A stretch of 64,000 nucleotides of DNA, from NCBI GenBank assembly GCA_964601935.1, contig CAZROP010000002.1, positions 7,299 to 71,298 of the forward strand. The letters run 5' to 3'. The translations under genes and the position numbers were made by a program. How positions within the stretch are numbered: position 1 is the stretch's first letter; every line of letters begins with the position of its first letter. Source of the DNA: an uncultured Candidatus Saccharibacteria bacterium. GTDB lineage: Bacteria > Patescibacteriota > Minisyncoccia > Phycocordibacterales > UBA1006. The notes beneath the pieces are model-generated. The model did no database searches. It had not been told where the DNA came from and saw only the letters and a list, made by a program, of their open reading frames with translations. Below are positions 27,832 through 38,139 of this stretch, piece by piece.

Positions 27832-27970
27832 GGTTGTTAATTTATGAGTGAATAATTTACAAAACACTATACACCATTTTATTTAAGAGTCTAGGTTTGG
27901 TAGTAGTTCAATTATTAATAGTTACCCACATCCCCTAATATAGTGGGTTGTGTAACTTTGTGGCAGGGAA

Positions 27971-28006
27971 TATAATGGCTGTGGGGCAAAGTGGGGCATT
28001 CGGGGG
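27971..28006 (+). promoter_or_regulatory. mraZ promoter with MraZ-binding repeats
   Basis: TATAAT at 27971, then GTGGGG, GTGGGG and CGGGGG at 10-nt spacing (27981, 27991, 28001). Confidence 0.75.
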
Positions 28007-28137
28007 AATGTTCAGACTGTGTCGGCCCTAGATTATTCGTCATTCACCATTATTCTGTGGTCTCCTGCCCCCGCTTTACGAGACCACCGAATAGGGGTGA
28101 ATACTAATGATGTATACGCGCTGTAATTGTCCTCTAT

Positions 28138-28572
28138 ATGCTGATCGGAGAATACATACACACCATTGATGATAAAAAGCGTATTGCTCTACCTGCCCGA
28201 TTCCGTACTGAATTAGGGAAAAAGGTAATAATCACGCGTGGATTGGATGGGTGTCTGTTCGTATACTCTGAATCACAGTGGCCTGTTCTGGCTGCAAAAC
28301 TGGGTGAATTATCCATGGGTGGCACTGATTCTCGTGCATTCAACCGATTCATTCTGGGCGGAGCAATCGAAACTGATGTAGATGCAAGTGGGCGCATATT
28401 GATACCCGATTTTTTGCGCACCTTTGCACAATTGGAGGAACGAGTAGTGGTTGCTGGGGTGATGTCACGCGTAGAAATCTGGAACGAAGAGTCATGGAGA
28501 CTGTACACAGCACAGGTCGAATCTCGCGCTGATAAACTGGCTGAAAAACTCAGCGAGGTCGGAATGATTTAA
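28138..28572 (+). CDS. mraZ: Transcriptional regulator MraZ
   Basis: GEYIHTIDDKKRIALPARFR, DASGRILIP, RVEIW. Confidence 0.95.
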   Translation: MLIGEYIHTIDDKKRIALPARFRTELGKKVIITRGLDGCLFVYSESQWPVLAAKLGELSMGGTDSRAFNRFILGGAIETDVDASGRILIPDFLRTFAQLEERVVVAGVMSRVEIWNEESWRLYTAQVESRADKLAEKLSEVGMI

Positions 28573-28580
28573 TAATCTAT

Positions 28581-29465
28581 ATGTCACACATCTCTGTACT
28601 ATCACATGAAGTTCTCGAGCATTTGAATATCCAGCCTACGGATACTGTATTGGATGGTACTGTGGGTGGAGCAGGACATAGTGTATTGATGGCAGAACAA
28701 CTATCAGCAGGCGGGCATTTGATATGTTGTGATTTAGATCAGACTGCGCTCGATGCTGCGGTCCCGTTGCTGGCTGATGTGCGTGATAGGGGTGTGCAAG
28801 TGAGTATGTATCATGGTTCATTCGCTGATATTGGGGAAAGTGACGAGTATAATAACGTAAAGTATGACAAAATACTATTGGACCTAGGATGGAGCAGTAA
28901 TCAGTTCGAGAATCCAGACAGAGGATTTTCATTCATGCACGATGGTCCACTGGATATGCGTCTGTCATTCCCTGGTACCGGTACCACTGCGCGAGATATT
29001 TTGCATAACAGTACAGAATCGGAACTCATAGAATTATTGGAAACATTTGGAGAAGAGCCGCATGCAAAGAAAATAGCTGCAGCCATTATCCATGAACGGA
29101 TTCACGGCACGCTCGAAACAACGCATGATTTAGCACGAACAGTAGAGTCTGTTGTTGGTAGAAGAGGCAAAACACATCCTGCCACGCAGACATTTCAGGC
29201 TTTGCGCATCGCAGTCAATCATGAAATAGATGCAATTGTTCGGGGAATTCCTATACTTTTAGATCACTTGAATACAGGAGGGAGGATGTCAGTCATTACT
29301 TTTCATAGTTTAGAAGACAGATTAGTAAAACGAATACTGAGCGACCATGTGACAACAGAGAAATTCCGACTGATCAACAAACATGTAGTAGTTCCTTCTC
29401 GGTCAGAGTTTGTCAGGAATCCTCGCAGTCGCAGTGCAAAGTTACGAACTATAGAACGCATATGA
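28581..29465 (+). CDS. rsmH: 16S rRNA m4C1402 methyltransferase RsmH
   Basis: DGTVGGAGHS, DLGWSS, GPLDMR, FHSLEDR, NPRSRSAKLR. Confidence 0.96.
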   Translation: MSHISVLSHEVLEHLNIQPTDTVLDGTVGGAGHSVLMAEQLSAGGHLICCDLDQTALDAAVPLLADVRDRGVQVSMYHGSFADIGESDEYNNVKYDKILLDLGWSSNQFENPDRGFSFMHDGPLDMRLSFPGTGTTARDILHNSTESELIELLETFGEEPHAKKIAAAIIHERIHGTLETTHDLARTVESVVGRRGKTHPATQTFQALRIAVNHEIDAIVRGIPILLDHLNTGGRMSVITFHSLEDRLVKRILSDHVTTEKFRLINKHVVVPSRSEFVRNPRSRSAKLRTIERI

Positions 29466-29800
29466 AATCAGCTATAAAAATACATAAACAACGAGATTGG
29501 ATGGTGTGGGCACGTCTAGGATGGACGCGTTTGTTGACCGTTGCTGCCATTGTACTGTTTTGCGCACACATGGCACTGTTATTCCATGTGAATTCACTGG
29601 GCTCTGAAATCCAGAATATGGAATTAGCGACGCGTACGGTAGAGCGAGATTCCACAGAAGTACAAACGCAGATCTATACCATTACGCGCGATATGACATT
29701 TATGCAGTTAGCGAGTGTTAATCAATTAGAACTTCGAGAACCTCGAGATATTGCTATCTTGTATATGCAGTTACCGGATCACGCTCTCGTACTGCGATAG
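29462..29800 (+). CDS. FtsL-like cell division protein
   Basis: TM segment and coiled coil, located between rsmH and ftsI. Confidence 0.6.
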   Translation: MKSAIKIHKQRDWMVWARLGWTRLLTVAAIVLFCAHMALLFHVNSLGSEIQNMELATRTVERDSTEVQTQIYTITRDMTFMQLASVNQLELREPRDIAILYMQLPDHALVLR

Positions 29801-29809
29801 GATACTGGT

Positions 29810-31600
29810 ATGGCAGTACTCCAGCACAAGCATTACAACCACAAACCAGAATCGTTCAACGGTCGGCTCCTCCTTCTGCTGGGTATTATTACGTTATGTT
29901 GTTTATTTATACTGGCTCGGCTGGTATTTTTGCAGGCAATCAAGGGTCCCGCCTATCGTGCCATAGCTGAGCGCATGTACAGCGGTACTACACAAAACGC
30001 CGGGTCGTCTGACAGGGGAGACATCATCATGGTGAACAAAGAAGGTACACGCTATATGCTCGCAGGGCAGCGTGTTCAGTACTTTGCAGTATTGGATCCT
30101 GCAAAGGTGGTCAGTCCCGCAGAGGCATACCAGCAAATCAGTACACTATTGCCTGACATTAGCCAGGGAGAGTTTGATGGATATATGCGCGAAAAAAGTC
30201 GCCATAAGTTCCAAAGTATTCCTTTGGATAAGCAGTATGTAGAGCAGGTTACGGGCAAAGCTGCAAAGGCAGGTATCATTTCGCCCGGCGTGATGCTGGT
30301 CTCAGAAAAAGTCCGCCACTATCCAGGAGGGACCTTGGCAGCGCATGTGCTGGGGTTTGTAGGATATGTAGGAGACAGATTGGAAGGTCGCTATGGGCTA
30401 GAGCGTCAGTATGATGAAATACTGCGCGTGCAGGATAATAATCTGTATACTAATTTCTTTGTTGAGTTGTTCTCTACTCTCCGTTCATTATCATCGGAGC
30501 CCGCGCAATTGTCAGGACAGGCAACATTGGTAACTACGTTAGAACCAGAAATCCAAAACCGTACAGAAAAATTGCTGGACAGTATCGATAGCAAATTCGC
30601 GCCTCAAGAAGCTGGAATTATTATACTGGATGCGGCAACGGGCGCTGTGCGATCGATGGCACGCACGCCATTGTTTGATGTAAATAATTTTCGTGATGTG
30701 GGCGATATAGATGTGTTTACCAATTCGTCAATACAAAAGGTCTACGAGGTAGGCTCTATCATGAAGCCGCTGGTGATGGCATATGCATTGGAAGAGGGAA
30801 AAATAACGCCCGAGACCGAATATGTTGATAAGGGTTCGGTGGTAGTACATGATCGCACTATCTATAACTTTGATAAAAAAGCTCGAGGGCGCGTGAATAT
30901 GGAACAGGTTTTGATCCAGTCGCTGAACACAGGAATGGTATTTATAATGGACAGGCTGGATAGGAAGGGGTTTAAAGAGTACTTTGAATCATTAGGGTTG
31001 CGTGGTCTCACGGGGATAGATTTGCCCTATGAAGCGCGCGGACTGACAAAAAACATAGACAGTCTCCGGCGTGTTGAATATGCAAATATTTCATTTGGTC
31101 AGGGTGTCGCAGTGACACCTATTGCGATGCTGCGTGCCCTGTCTATACTGTCTAACCATGGCAAATTAGTGCAGCCGTATATCGTAGAGAAAATAGAATA
31201 CCCCTACGGAACATCGCGTGATCTGGGGCTGGTGGCACGATCGGCACAACAACAGATACTATCACCAAAGACTGTCGATGAGGTTGCGGATATTATGGTC
31301 AAACTGGTTGATACTAATTTCAAAAATAGTCCCCATTACCTGAAGCATTATTCAGTTGCCGCAAAAACAGGTACTGCACAAATCGCAAGTGGTTCGGCAG
31401 GATATTCAGAAGGGCGTCGGCTGCATACATTCTATGGGTTTTTCCCTGCACGCAATCCTCGATTCTCGGTATTTCTGTATGCGGTGCAGCCGCAGGGGGT
31501 GCAGTATTCAGCGCAGACTCTGGCGGAACCATTTCTCGAGTTGTCGCAGTTTCTTGTGAACTATTACAATATCCCGCCTGATAGAGGATTGTTACAGTAA
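29810..31600 (+). CDS. ftsI: FtsI-type class B penicillin-binding protein
   Basis: RHYPGG, GSIMK (SxxK), SLN, KTGTAQ; position in the mraZ cluster. Confidence 0.85.
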   Translation: MAVLQHKHYNHKPESFNGRLLLLLGIITLCCLFILARLVFLQAIKGPAYRAIAERMYSGTTQNAGSSDRGDIIMVNKEGTRYMLAGQRVQYFAVLDPAKVVSPAEAYQQISTLLPDISQGEFDGYMREKSRHKFQSIPLDKQYVEQVTGKAAKAGIISPGVMLVSEKVRHYPGGTLAAHVLGFVGYVGDRLEGRYGLERQYDEILRVQDNNLYTNFFVELFSTLRSLSSEPAQLSGQATLVTTLEPEIQNRTEKLLDSIDSKFAPQEAGIIILDAATGAVRSMARTPLFDVNNFRDVGDIDVFTNSSIQKVYEVGSIMKPLVMAYALEEGKITPETEYVDKGSVVVHDRTIYNFDKKARGRVNMEQVLIQSLNTGMVFIMDRLDRKGFKEYFESLGLRGLTGIDLPYEARGLTKNIDSLRRVEYANISFGQGVAVTPIAMLRALSILSNHGKLVQPYIVEKIEYPYGTSRDLGLVARSAQQQILSPKTVDEVADIMVKLVDTNFKNSPHYLKHYSVAAKTGTAQIASGSAGYSEGRRLHTFYGFFPARNPRFSVFLYAVQPQGVQYSAQTLAEPFLELSQFLVNYYNIPPDRGLLQ

Positions 31601-31606
31601 TATAAG

Positions 31607-31699
31607 GCAAAATTCGTACTTTATATTCCAAAATCCTGCAAAACTCGCCCAAGGCTCAAAACAGTTTCAGATTTTTCCATACTAAAGTACGAATTTTGC
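31607..31699. repeat. REP/MITE-like palindromic element, copy 1
   Basis: Perfect 17-bp inverted repeat GCAAAATTCGTACTTTA around the core AAAATCCTGCAAAACTCGCCCAAGGCTCAAAACAGTTTCAGATTTT. Confidence 0.75.
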
Positions 31700-31896
31700 A
31701 ATAATCTTACTTTTTTCGTCAAAGAAATTTCAGAATAGCACTAAAACATGAACGCGAGATAGGAGATACACATACCAACTACTACTAAAAAGATGACTAC
31801 TACTCTGATAAGCTTTACCTTTTTCATGCGCTGGGTGTTATACATGTTGAATGACATAGATTGCTGAAGTATACTACAATAGATTACAAATTCAAT

Positions 31897-32271
31897 ATGA
31901 TCATTTCACGCAAGCATCGTATCCCGCAACACTGGAAAGTAGTCATAAATGCTGCTGTTGTTTTCTTGTGCGTAGTATTTGTAGTGCGTATTGGCGAACT
32001 ATTGCACGGGATGCGTGTATCGCGTGAACGTCTAGAGCATGTGCAAAATGCTCATAACCAGGCAGTGCAGCAGCATCAGGATTTGGTGCAGGAATACACG
32101 GATCTCACCACGCCTGATGGGGTAGAATACTATGTACGTAACCATTATCGCGCTATTTCCGAAGGTGAGGAACTGGTCGTAGTCGTTGACCCGCGCGCGG
32201 TAGTAGAACCCAAACCTATAGCGCCTCTCACCTGGCAGGAGCGATTACGACTATTTTTCCATATTCCGTAA
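31897..32271 (+). CDS. Septum formation initiator (FtsB/DivIC-like)
   Basis: TM segment, coiled coil, GVEYYVRNHYRAISEGEELVVVV. Confidence 0.7.
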   Translation: MIISRKHRIPQHWKVVINAAVVFLCVVFVVRIGELLHGMRVSRERLEHVQNAHNQAVQQHQDLVQEYTDLTTPDGVEYYVRNHYRAISEGEELVVVVDPRAVVEPKPIAPLTWQERLRLFFHIP

Positions 32272-32353
32272 TGACGTACACTTATTGGATGCGGTGGGAT
32301 GTAGGTGGTATACTGATATCTATTATTCATTTAAATTAACCTTGAACATACAT

Positions 32354-32683
32354 ATGGCGAAACATGAAGTCACTATTTACTCAACGTCTACGTGCCATTA
32401 TTGTACTGTGGCAAAAGACTTTTTCCGTTCTCACAATATAGAGTATACCGAATACAACGTAGGATTGGATGCAGAAAAGCGTATGGAAATGGTAGATTTA
32501 ACAGGGCAAATGGGTGTACCTGTTATAGTGGTAGATGGTGTGGCGACGGTTGGATTTAACGAGTCTCATTTGCGTGATGCATTGGGTATGAATGGTCATG
32601 GTAGATCTGACACAAATAGTCCAGATGGTGAAGCTGGAGGATCGGTATGGTCCCGCGTCAGAAGCGTGCTGGGATTGGAATAG
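32354..32683 (+). CDS. Glutaredoxin/NrdH-like redoxin
   Basis: TIYSTSTCHYC, GQMGVPVI, VGF. Confidence 0.88.
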   Translation: MAKHEVTIYSTSTCHYCTVAKDFFRSHNIEYTEYNVGLDAEKRMEMVDLTGQMGVPVIVVDGVATVGFNESHLRDALGMNGHGRSDTNSPDGEAGGSVWSRVRSVLGLE

Positions 32684-32732
32684 TGTCGATATTGGTATAT
32701 ACTGCACAGGATGTCTGTCACAGATACAGCAT

Positions 32733-32804
32733 CCTTTCGTAGTTCAATGGATAGAACGGTTCCGTCCTAAGGAAAGAATGTAGGTTCGATTCCTACCGAG
32801 AGGA
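32733..32804 (+). tRNA. tRNA-Arg(CCT)
   Basis: CCTTTCG/CGAGAGG acceptor stem, GTTC/GAAC D-arm, loop GT-CCT-AA, GTAGGTTCGATTCCTAC T-arm. Confidence 0.88.
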
Positions 32805-32908
32805 CACGTAACGAGAGTTTCTCTATCTCAGAAAATACACCGTCTTATCGTTAGGGTAGAATCAAAACCAGGACGATCCAATTATCAGAATAGTTTAATT
32901 ATAATTCT

Positions 32909-33730
32909 ATGAAAAAAATATCATTTAATAACATTAGTCCATCGGATGCGTTGATGGGGTCAGGAGCTCTATTTTTAGTAGTTCTGACGATTGCAGCAGT
33001 AACACTATTGGTAATGCAAATCGCAAAACCAAGTAACGATTATCAGGGGCGTACTATTACCGTGTCAGCGACGGGCGATGCGTTCCAGACGCCAGATGTT
33101 GCGGAGTTTACCTATACCGTTCGCAAGGAAGGCAAAGATGTTTCTACTACTCAGACAGAGGTTACCAAACAGTCTAATGCTGTATTAGAGTCCCTGAAGG
33201 AAATCGGTGTCAAAGAAGAAGACATCCAAACACAGAATATCTCTGCGAATCCTCGCTATGAATGGCAGAATAGGGCGGTCACCTGTCCTGTAGGCAATTA
33301 CTGTCCGCCTGAAGGTAGAAATGTTCTCGTTGGATACGAATCTTCCATTACTGTAGCGGTTCGCACACGTGATTTCGATTTAGCGAGCAAAATACTATCA
33401 ACGCTAGGAGCGGCAAATGTCTCTGACATCCAGGGTCCACAATTCACTACAGAAGATCCAGACCAGGCACAAAATGAAGCTCGCGAAGAAGCTCTTGTGC
33501 GTGCACGCGAAAAGGCAAAGTCTATGGCTTCCGCAATGGGGGTTCGTCTGGGTCGTGTAGTATCATTTAGCGAGGGGGGCGATGTATATCCTATGTACGC
33601 TCGTGCAGAATCAGCTGCATACGATATGGCGGGTAATATGACAAAGTCGGTCGCCGCTCCGGTACCAGTGATTGCTGCAGGTCAGGACAAAATATCGGTA
33701 TCAGTGAACGTGGTCTATCGTATTCGTTAA
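32909..33730 (+). CDS. SIMPL (DUF541) domain protein
   Basis: RTITVSATG..PDVA, AREEALVRAREKA..MA..MGVRLG, VSVNVVY. Confidence 0.88.
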   Translation: MKKISFNNISPSDALMGSGALFLVVLTIAAVTLLVMQIAKPSNDYQGRTITVSATGDAFQTPDVAEFTYTVRKEGKDVSTTQTEVTKQSNAVLESLKEIGVKEEDIQTQNISANPRYEWQNRAVTCPVGNYCPPEGRNVLVGYESSITVAVRTRDFDLASKILSTLGAANVSDIQGPQFTTEDPDQAQNEAREEALVRAREKAKSMASAMGVRLGRVVSFSEGGDVYPMYARAESAAYDMAGNMTKSVAAPVPVIAAGQDKISVSVNVVYRIR

Positions 33731-33764
33731 TCTAATTAACAATGATACAAGATTTCGATTTATT

Positions 33765-33800
33765 ACAACAAAAGCACCTGCAAAAGGTGCTTTTGTTGTA
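33765..33800. terminator. Bidirectional terminator
   Basis: ACAACAAAAGCACCT-GCAAA-AGGTGCTTTTGTTGT. Confidence 0.7.
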
Positions 33801-33890
33801 TGATTCGTTTGGATGGCTAGTTATAGAATGCAAGTACTTTTGCACAGTAAAAAGTGCGTTGTTTGGCTATAGAGTGATACTATAGATGGT

Positions 33891-34979
33891 ATGGGTTCAC
33901 TCTTTGATGACATGAAGGCGCCGCGTTTTTGGTTAGCAGGACTGCTCGTTTTTGGCTTGGGATTGGCACTGTGGAAGGCATCGTCCATGATCATCATTGT
34001 GATGTCAGCAATTGTTCTCTCTATTTTTATAGAATCGCTAGCAGAATATATACAGCGATTTTTGCGATTACCTCGATTTCTATCAATCATCATTGTGTTT
34101 GTCCTGGTACTGCTCATGTTCGGATTTCTCATAGCGTCCGCAATTCCTGTGTTTATAAAGGAAATCAGCGTTCTCGCCCCATTGATTCCTGATGGGGATA
34201 GTTTGGGTAAAATTTTATCAGCATTCGGAGTAGGTGCGGAATCAACCGATTCAGTTCTATCATTTTCTCCTGATTTATTGACACAGGTTTCGGGTGGCGT
34301 CAAAACCGCTTCGCAGGGTATTTTCAAAGTCGTCATATCAACATTCGGTGGCTTTGCTAATATGGTCCTGTTGGGAATGCTGTCGCTGTATCTGGCACTG
34401 GAGGATAGGGCAATAGAGCGATTAATTTTTGCCATTGCTCCAAAACAGTCCGAGGTATATATTGCTTCTCTCTGGAATCGAATTCGAGCCAAGACTGAGG
34501 GCTGGTTCCGCGGACAGGTAGTAGTAGCCGGCATTGTGGCGGTGTGTACGTATATCGGTTTGACATTATTAGGTGTACCGTACGCATTTCTACTGGCTGC
34601 ACTGGCAGCAGTAATGGGAATTATTCCTTTCGGTATTGTAGTTGCATTTTTGCCGGCACTTGGAATTGCACTATCAAAAGGTGGTGTTTTGACACCGGTG
34701 TATGTCACAATACTCTATGCATCGATACAGTATATTACTGACTATATTGTACAACCACTGGTAACACGTCGTGTCACAGGGCTACCGCCATTGTTAGTGA
34801 TTATATCAGTGGTGGTATCAGTGACCCTATTTGGATTCCTTGGATTCTTTATCGCTATTCCAGGATCTATATTCCTGCTGGAAATAGTACGTGATATAGA
34901 GCGACAAAAAGGAGAGTTGGACAATAATGCGCTTTTGGAAACTAATTTTTCTGAAGAAGAGGCGGTCAGCAATAGTTAA
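33891..34979 (+). CDS. AI-2E family transporter
   Basis: WFRGQ, LGVPYAFLLA, IIPFG, IVQPLV...GLPP. Confidence 0.88.
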   Translation: MGSLFDDMKAPRFWLAGLLVFGLGLALWKASSMIIIVMSAIVLSIFIESLAEYIQRFLRLPRFLSIIIVFVLVLLMFGFLIASAIPVFIKEISVLAPLIPDGDSLGKILSAFGVGAESTDSVLSFSPDLLTQVSGGVKTASQGIFKVVISTFGGFANMVLLGMLSLYLALEDRAIERLIFAIAPKQSEVYIASLWNRIRAKTEGWFRGQVVVAGIVAVCTYIGLTLLGVPYAFLLAALAAVMGIIPFGIVVAFLPALGIALSKGGVLTPVYVTILYASIQYITDYIVQPLVTRRVTGLPPLLVIISVVVSVTLFGFLGFFIAIPGSIFLLEIVRDIERQKGELDNNALLETNFSEEEAVSNS

Positions 34980-35063
34980 TAATTTTTTGTAATCGGACCT
35001 GAAAACAGGTGCTCTTTTGGAGTGCCTATGAAAACACTCAGTAATCATGTATGATAGGAGTAT

Positions 35064-36518
35064 ATGGAAGCATCTCCTCGTTATATCACAACTACGTTGC
35101 CCTATGTCAATGCAGAGCCTCATGTGGGTTTTTCTATGGAACTCATTCGTGCTGATGCTATTGCACGATTCCATACTTTGTTAGGTCGTGATGTATTTTT
35201 TAACACGGGTACCGACGAGCATGGACAAAAACTGCTCGATGCTGCTATTACAGCTGGGGAGCCTGTCGAAAACTATGTGGGCAGACATGCCCAGCTCTTT
35301 CGGGAATTAGCGGGAATTCTGGGCGTTACGCCTGACGTACATTTTATACGAACTACTGATACACACCATATGCAGGGCGCTCAGGAATTCTGGCGTCGTG
35401 TATATGATAATGGCTATATCTATAAATCTACTTATCAAGCAAAATATTGCGTAGGGTGCGAGTTAGAAAAATCAGATTCTGAATTGGTCGATGGTCAGTG
35501 CCCAATTCATCCTACTATGCAGGTTCAGTTTATTGACGAGGAAAATTACTTTTTTAAATTCTCGGCATTTCAAGACAGAATCCTAGAGTTATATACCGCG
35601 AAGCCTGATTTTGTAGTTCCTGATTCCAGGATGAAAGAAATTACCTCATTTGTGCAATCGGGTCTGCGAGATTTCCCGGTCTCTCGGTTGAAATCAAAGA
35701 TGCCGTGGGGTGTTCCGGTACCAGGCGATGACGATCATGTTATGTATGTTTGGTTCGATGCTTTGACGAATTATATTACTACGCTCGGTTGGCCCCATGA
35801 TATGGATCAATTCAATCGCTATTGGGTGAACGGTTTGCCGGCTCAGTACTGCGGTCAAGACAATGTACGTCAGCAGTCTGCTATATGGCAGGCAATGTTG
35901 ATGGCCGCTGATTTGCCGCTGAGCAATCAAATTCATATTAATGGTTTTATTGTAGGAGCTGATGGTCGCAAAATGTCGAAATCGATAGGCAATGTGATTG
36001 ATCCTTTGCCATTGGTTGATCACTATGGTTCGCAGGCATTGCGGTATTTTCTTCTGCACTATATTCATCCGTATGAAGGCTCACCTATGAGCTACGAAGC
36101 GTTCCATGATCGCTATACAGCAGATTTGGTAAATGGTATCGGCAATCTGACATCACGTTTGTTGAATATGTCTGAAAAGTATCTAGACAACTGCCCCGAA
36201 CTACCTGACAGTTCGATTCCCTTGGACTGGTTGGAGGCATTTGAATCATTCCGTCCGGACATTGCCTGTGGTATAGTTCTGAAATGGGTGGCGGATCTGG
36301 ATGGAGATATTACGAAAACAGAACCTTTTAAGCTGATAAAGGTTAACTCAGAAAAAGCAAAACATTTAATATCCGAATATGTTGTGCGCCTGTATACTAT
36401 TGCTCGTATGCTGAACCCAATTATGCCAGAGATTTCGAGCGCTATAAAATCGTATGTAAAGGCAAATAAAAAACCCGAAACACCGCTGTTTCCGCGTGTA
36501 GACATGATAGAGGTGTAG
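35064..36518 (+). CDS. metG: Methionine--tRNA ligase (short form)
   Basis: YITTTLPYVNAEPHVG, GTDEHG, YVWFDAL, KMSKS. Confidence 0.96.
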   Translation: MEASPRYITTTLPYVNAEPHVGFSMELIRADAIARFHTLLGRDVFFNTGTDEHGQKLLDAAITAGEPVENYVGRHAQLFRELAGILGVTPDVHFIRTTDTHHMQGAQEFWRRVYDNGYIYKSTYQAKYCVGCELEKSDSELVDGQCPIHPTMQVQFIDEENYFFKFSAFQDRILELYTAKPDFVVPDSRMKEITSFVQSGLRDFPVSRLKSKMPWGVPVPGDDDHVMYVWFDALTNYITTLGWPHDMDQFNRYWVNGLPAQYCGQDNVRQQSAIWQAMLMAADLPLSNQIHINGFIVGADGRKMSKSIGNVIDPLPLVDHYGSQALRYFLLHYIHPYEGSPMSYEAFHDRYTADLVNGIGNLTSRLLNMSEKYLDNCPELPDSSIPLDWLEAFESFRPDIACGIVLKWVADLDGDITKTEPFKLIKVNSEKAKHLISEYVVRLYTIARMLNPIMPEISSAIKSYVKANKKPETPLFPRVDMIEV

Positions 36519-36547
36519 ATCGTCGCAGTTTCTTCAAGATTTATTAT

Positions 36548-37330
36548 ATGTATATAGACACACACTCGCATCTGAACCTTGATCAGTTTACCGATGATAT
36601 CGAGGCGGTTATTGACCAGATGCGTACCATGCAGATACGTACACAGACAGTCGGAGTAGATGTATCAACCAGTGTACGTGCCCTAGAAATCGCTGCACAG
36701 TTTCCAGAACTATCCCGAGCACTCGTGGGCATGCATCCTGCCTATGTACAGTCAGGAGTTGAGTATGATCACGACCTGCTGCAGTTACGAAGTTTTCTGG
36801 ATAATCCTCTCTGCGTTGGAATAGGGGAATGTGGTTTTGATTATTTCCGGTCTGCAAAATCGGAAGTATATGATGCACAGCAATTCATATTTCATACTCA
36901 GATGGGATGGGCTCAGGAAGTGGGGTTGCCGGTAATGCTGCATATTCGTCCTACACGCGACACATATGATGCCTACGATGATGCACTGGAGGTACTGCGA
37001 GGGTATCCTGGTGTTCGAGGTCAGGCGCATTTTTTTGCAGGGACTCTCGCTCAGGCGCAGCAGTTTTTGGACCTGGGATACCACATTTCATGTACGGGAG
37101 TTGTCACATTCACGCATGATTATGACGAGGTGGTGCAATACGTGCCTATCGATAGATTGTTACTAGAAACTGATGCGCCGTATGTCGCACCCGCACCGTA
37201 TCGCGGTGCACGATGTGAGCCGTGGCATGTGATTGAGGTTTATAAACGGGTTGCGGAGCTGCGAAATATACCCATCGCAGATCTGCAGGATCAGATGTCC
37301 TCTAATGTGAGTACGCTCTATGGTTGGTAA
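36548..37330 (+). CDS. tatD: TatD family deoxyribonuclease
   Basis: IDTHSHL, GMHP, IGECGFDY, LLETDAPY. Confidence 0.92.
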   Translation: MYIDTHSHLNLDQFTDDIEAVIDQMRTMQIRTQTVGVDVSTSVRALEIAAQFPELSRALVGMHPAYVQSGVEYDHDLLQLRSFLDNPLCVGIGECGFDYFRSAKSEVYDAQQFIFHTQMGWAQEVGLPVMLHIRPTRDTYDAYDDALEVLRGYPGVRGQAHFFAGTLAQAQQFLDLGYHISCTGVVTFTHDYDEVVQYVPIDRLLLETDAPYVAPAPYRGARCEPWHVIEVYKRVAELRNIPIADLQDQMSSNVSTLYGW

Positions 37331-37361
37331 TAACGCGAGATATCCACTAGATATACCAAAC

Positions 37362-37439
37362 CCAATTTGAGCTTTCAAAAATCCTGCAAAACTTGCCTAT
37401 GGCTCGGACAGTTTCGGATTTCAGAAAGTCATAAATTGG
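37362..37439. repeat. REP/MITE-like palindromic element, copy 2
   Basis: Core AAAATCCTGCAAAACTTGCCTATGGCTCGGACAGTTTCGGATTT matches copy 1, with a different outer stem (CCAATTT/AAATTGG). Confidence 0.7.
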
Positions 37440-37531
37440 ATTGATTAAGTTAATGCGGTAGTCGCTTTTAATCCTATAGAATATTTGTTATCAACATGAT
37501 TTTTGGATAAAACAATGTATAGTAGTAAAGT

Positions 37532-38101
37532 ATGAAAAATATAATCCTTATCGTTGTTATTCTTGTTGCTATTGCATTATTGACCCATTTTGTGGTAAAA
37601 AAGCCGGGGACCGGAGAAGTTCTTCTCGGTGATGGTACTCAGTCTTCTCTAGATACCATCGATCCTTTATCAAATAATACGACTACATCTGTAGCACAAC
37701 AACCAACTACTATGAATACGCCATCATCAGAAACAACTCAAAAAGTAAAAATGACTACTACACCTTCCGGTCTACAGTATGGAATATTAGTATCAGGAAC
37801 CGGTGCAGAGGCTGCGTCGGGTGATTTGGTTACCGTTCATTACACGGGTACTCTGACCGATGGAACCAAATTTGATTCCAGTGTAGATCGCGGAGAGCCT
37901 GCAACATTTCCTATCGGGGTAGGGCAGTTGATCAAAGGGTGGGACGAAGGTATCCCAGGTATGAAGATTGGAGAAAAGCGCCTCCTAGTAATTCCTGGCA
38001 ATCTCGCATATGGCGCAACTCCTCCTCCAGGATCTCCTATAAAAGTAAACGACACATTAGTGTTTGAGGTAGAGCTACTAGCTGTTCAAAAAGCAAGATA
38101 G
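37532..38101 (+). CDS. Exported FKBP-type peptidyl-prolyl isomerase
   Basis: VHYTGTL.DGTKFDSS, IKGWDEG, LVFEVELL. Confidence 0.93.
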   Translation: MKNIILIVVILVAIALLTHFVVKKPGTGEVLLGDGTQSSLDTIDPLSNNTTTSVAQQPTTMNTPSSETTQKVKMTTTPSGLQYGILVSGTGAEAASGDLVTVHYTGTLTDGTKFDSSVDRGEPATFPIGVGQLIKGWDEGIPGMKIGEKRLLVIPGNLAYGATPPPGSPIKVNDTLVFEVELLAVQKAR

Positions 38102-38139
38102 TATAAAATACATACAGTCTTCTCATAAAATCTCTTAGT

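Noticed and set aside
33821-34708. 295-aa minus-strand ORF
   Set aside because: Antisense shadow of the AI-2E transporter; the same applies to the many other shadow ORFs over housekeeping genes
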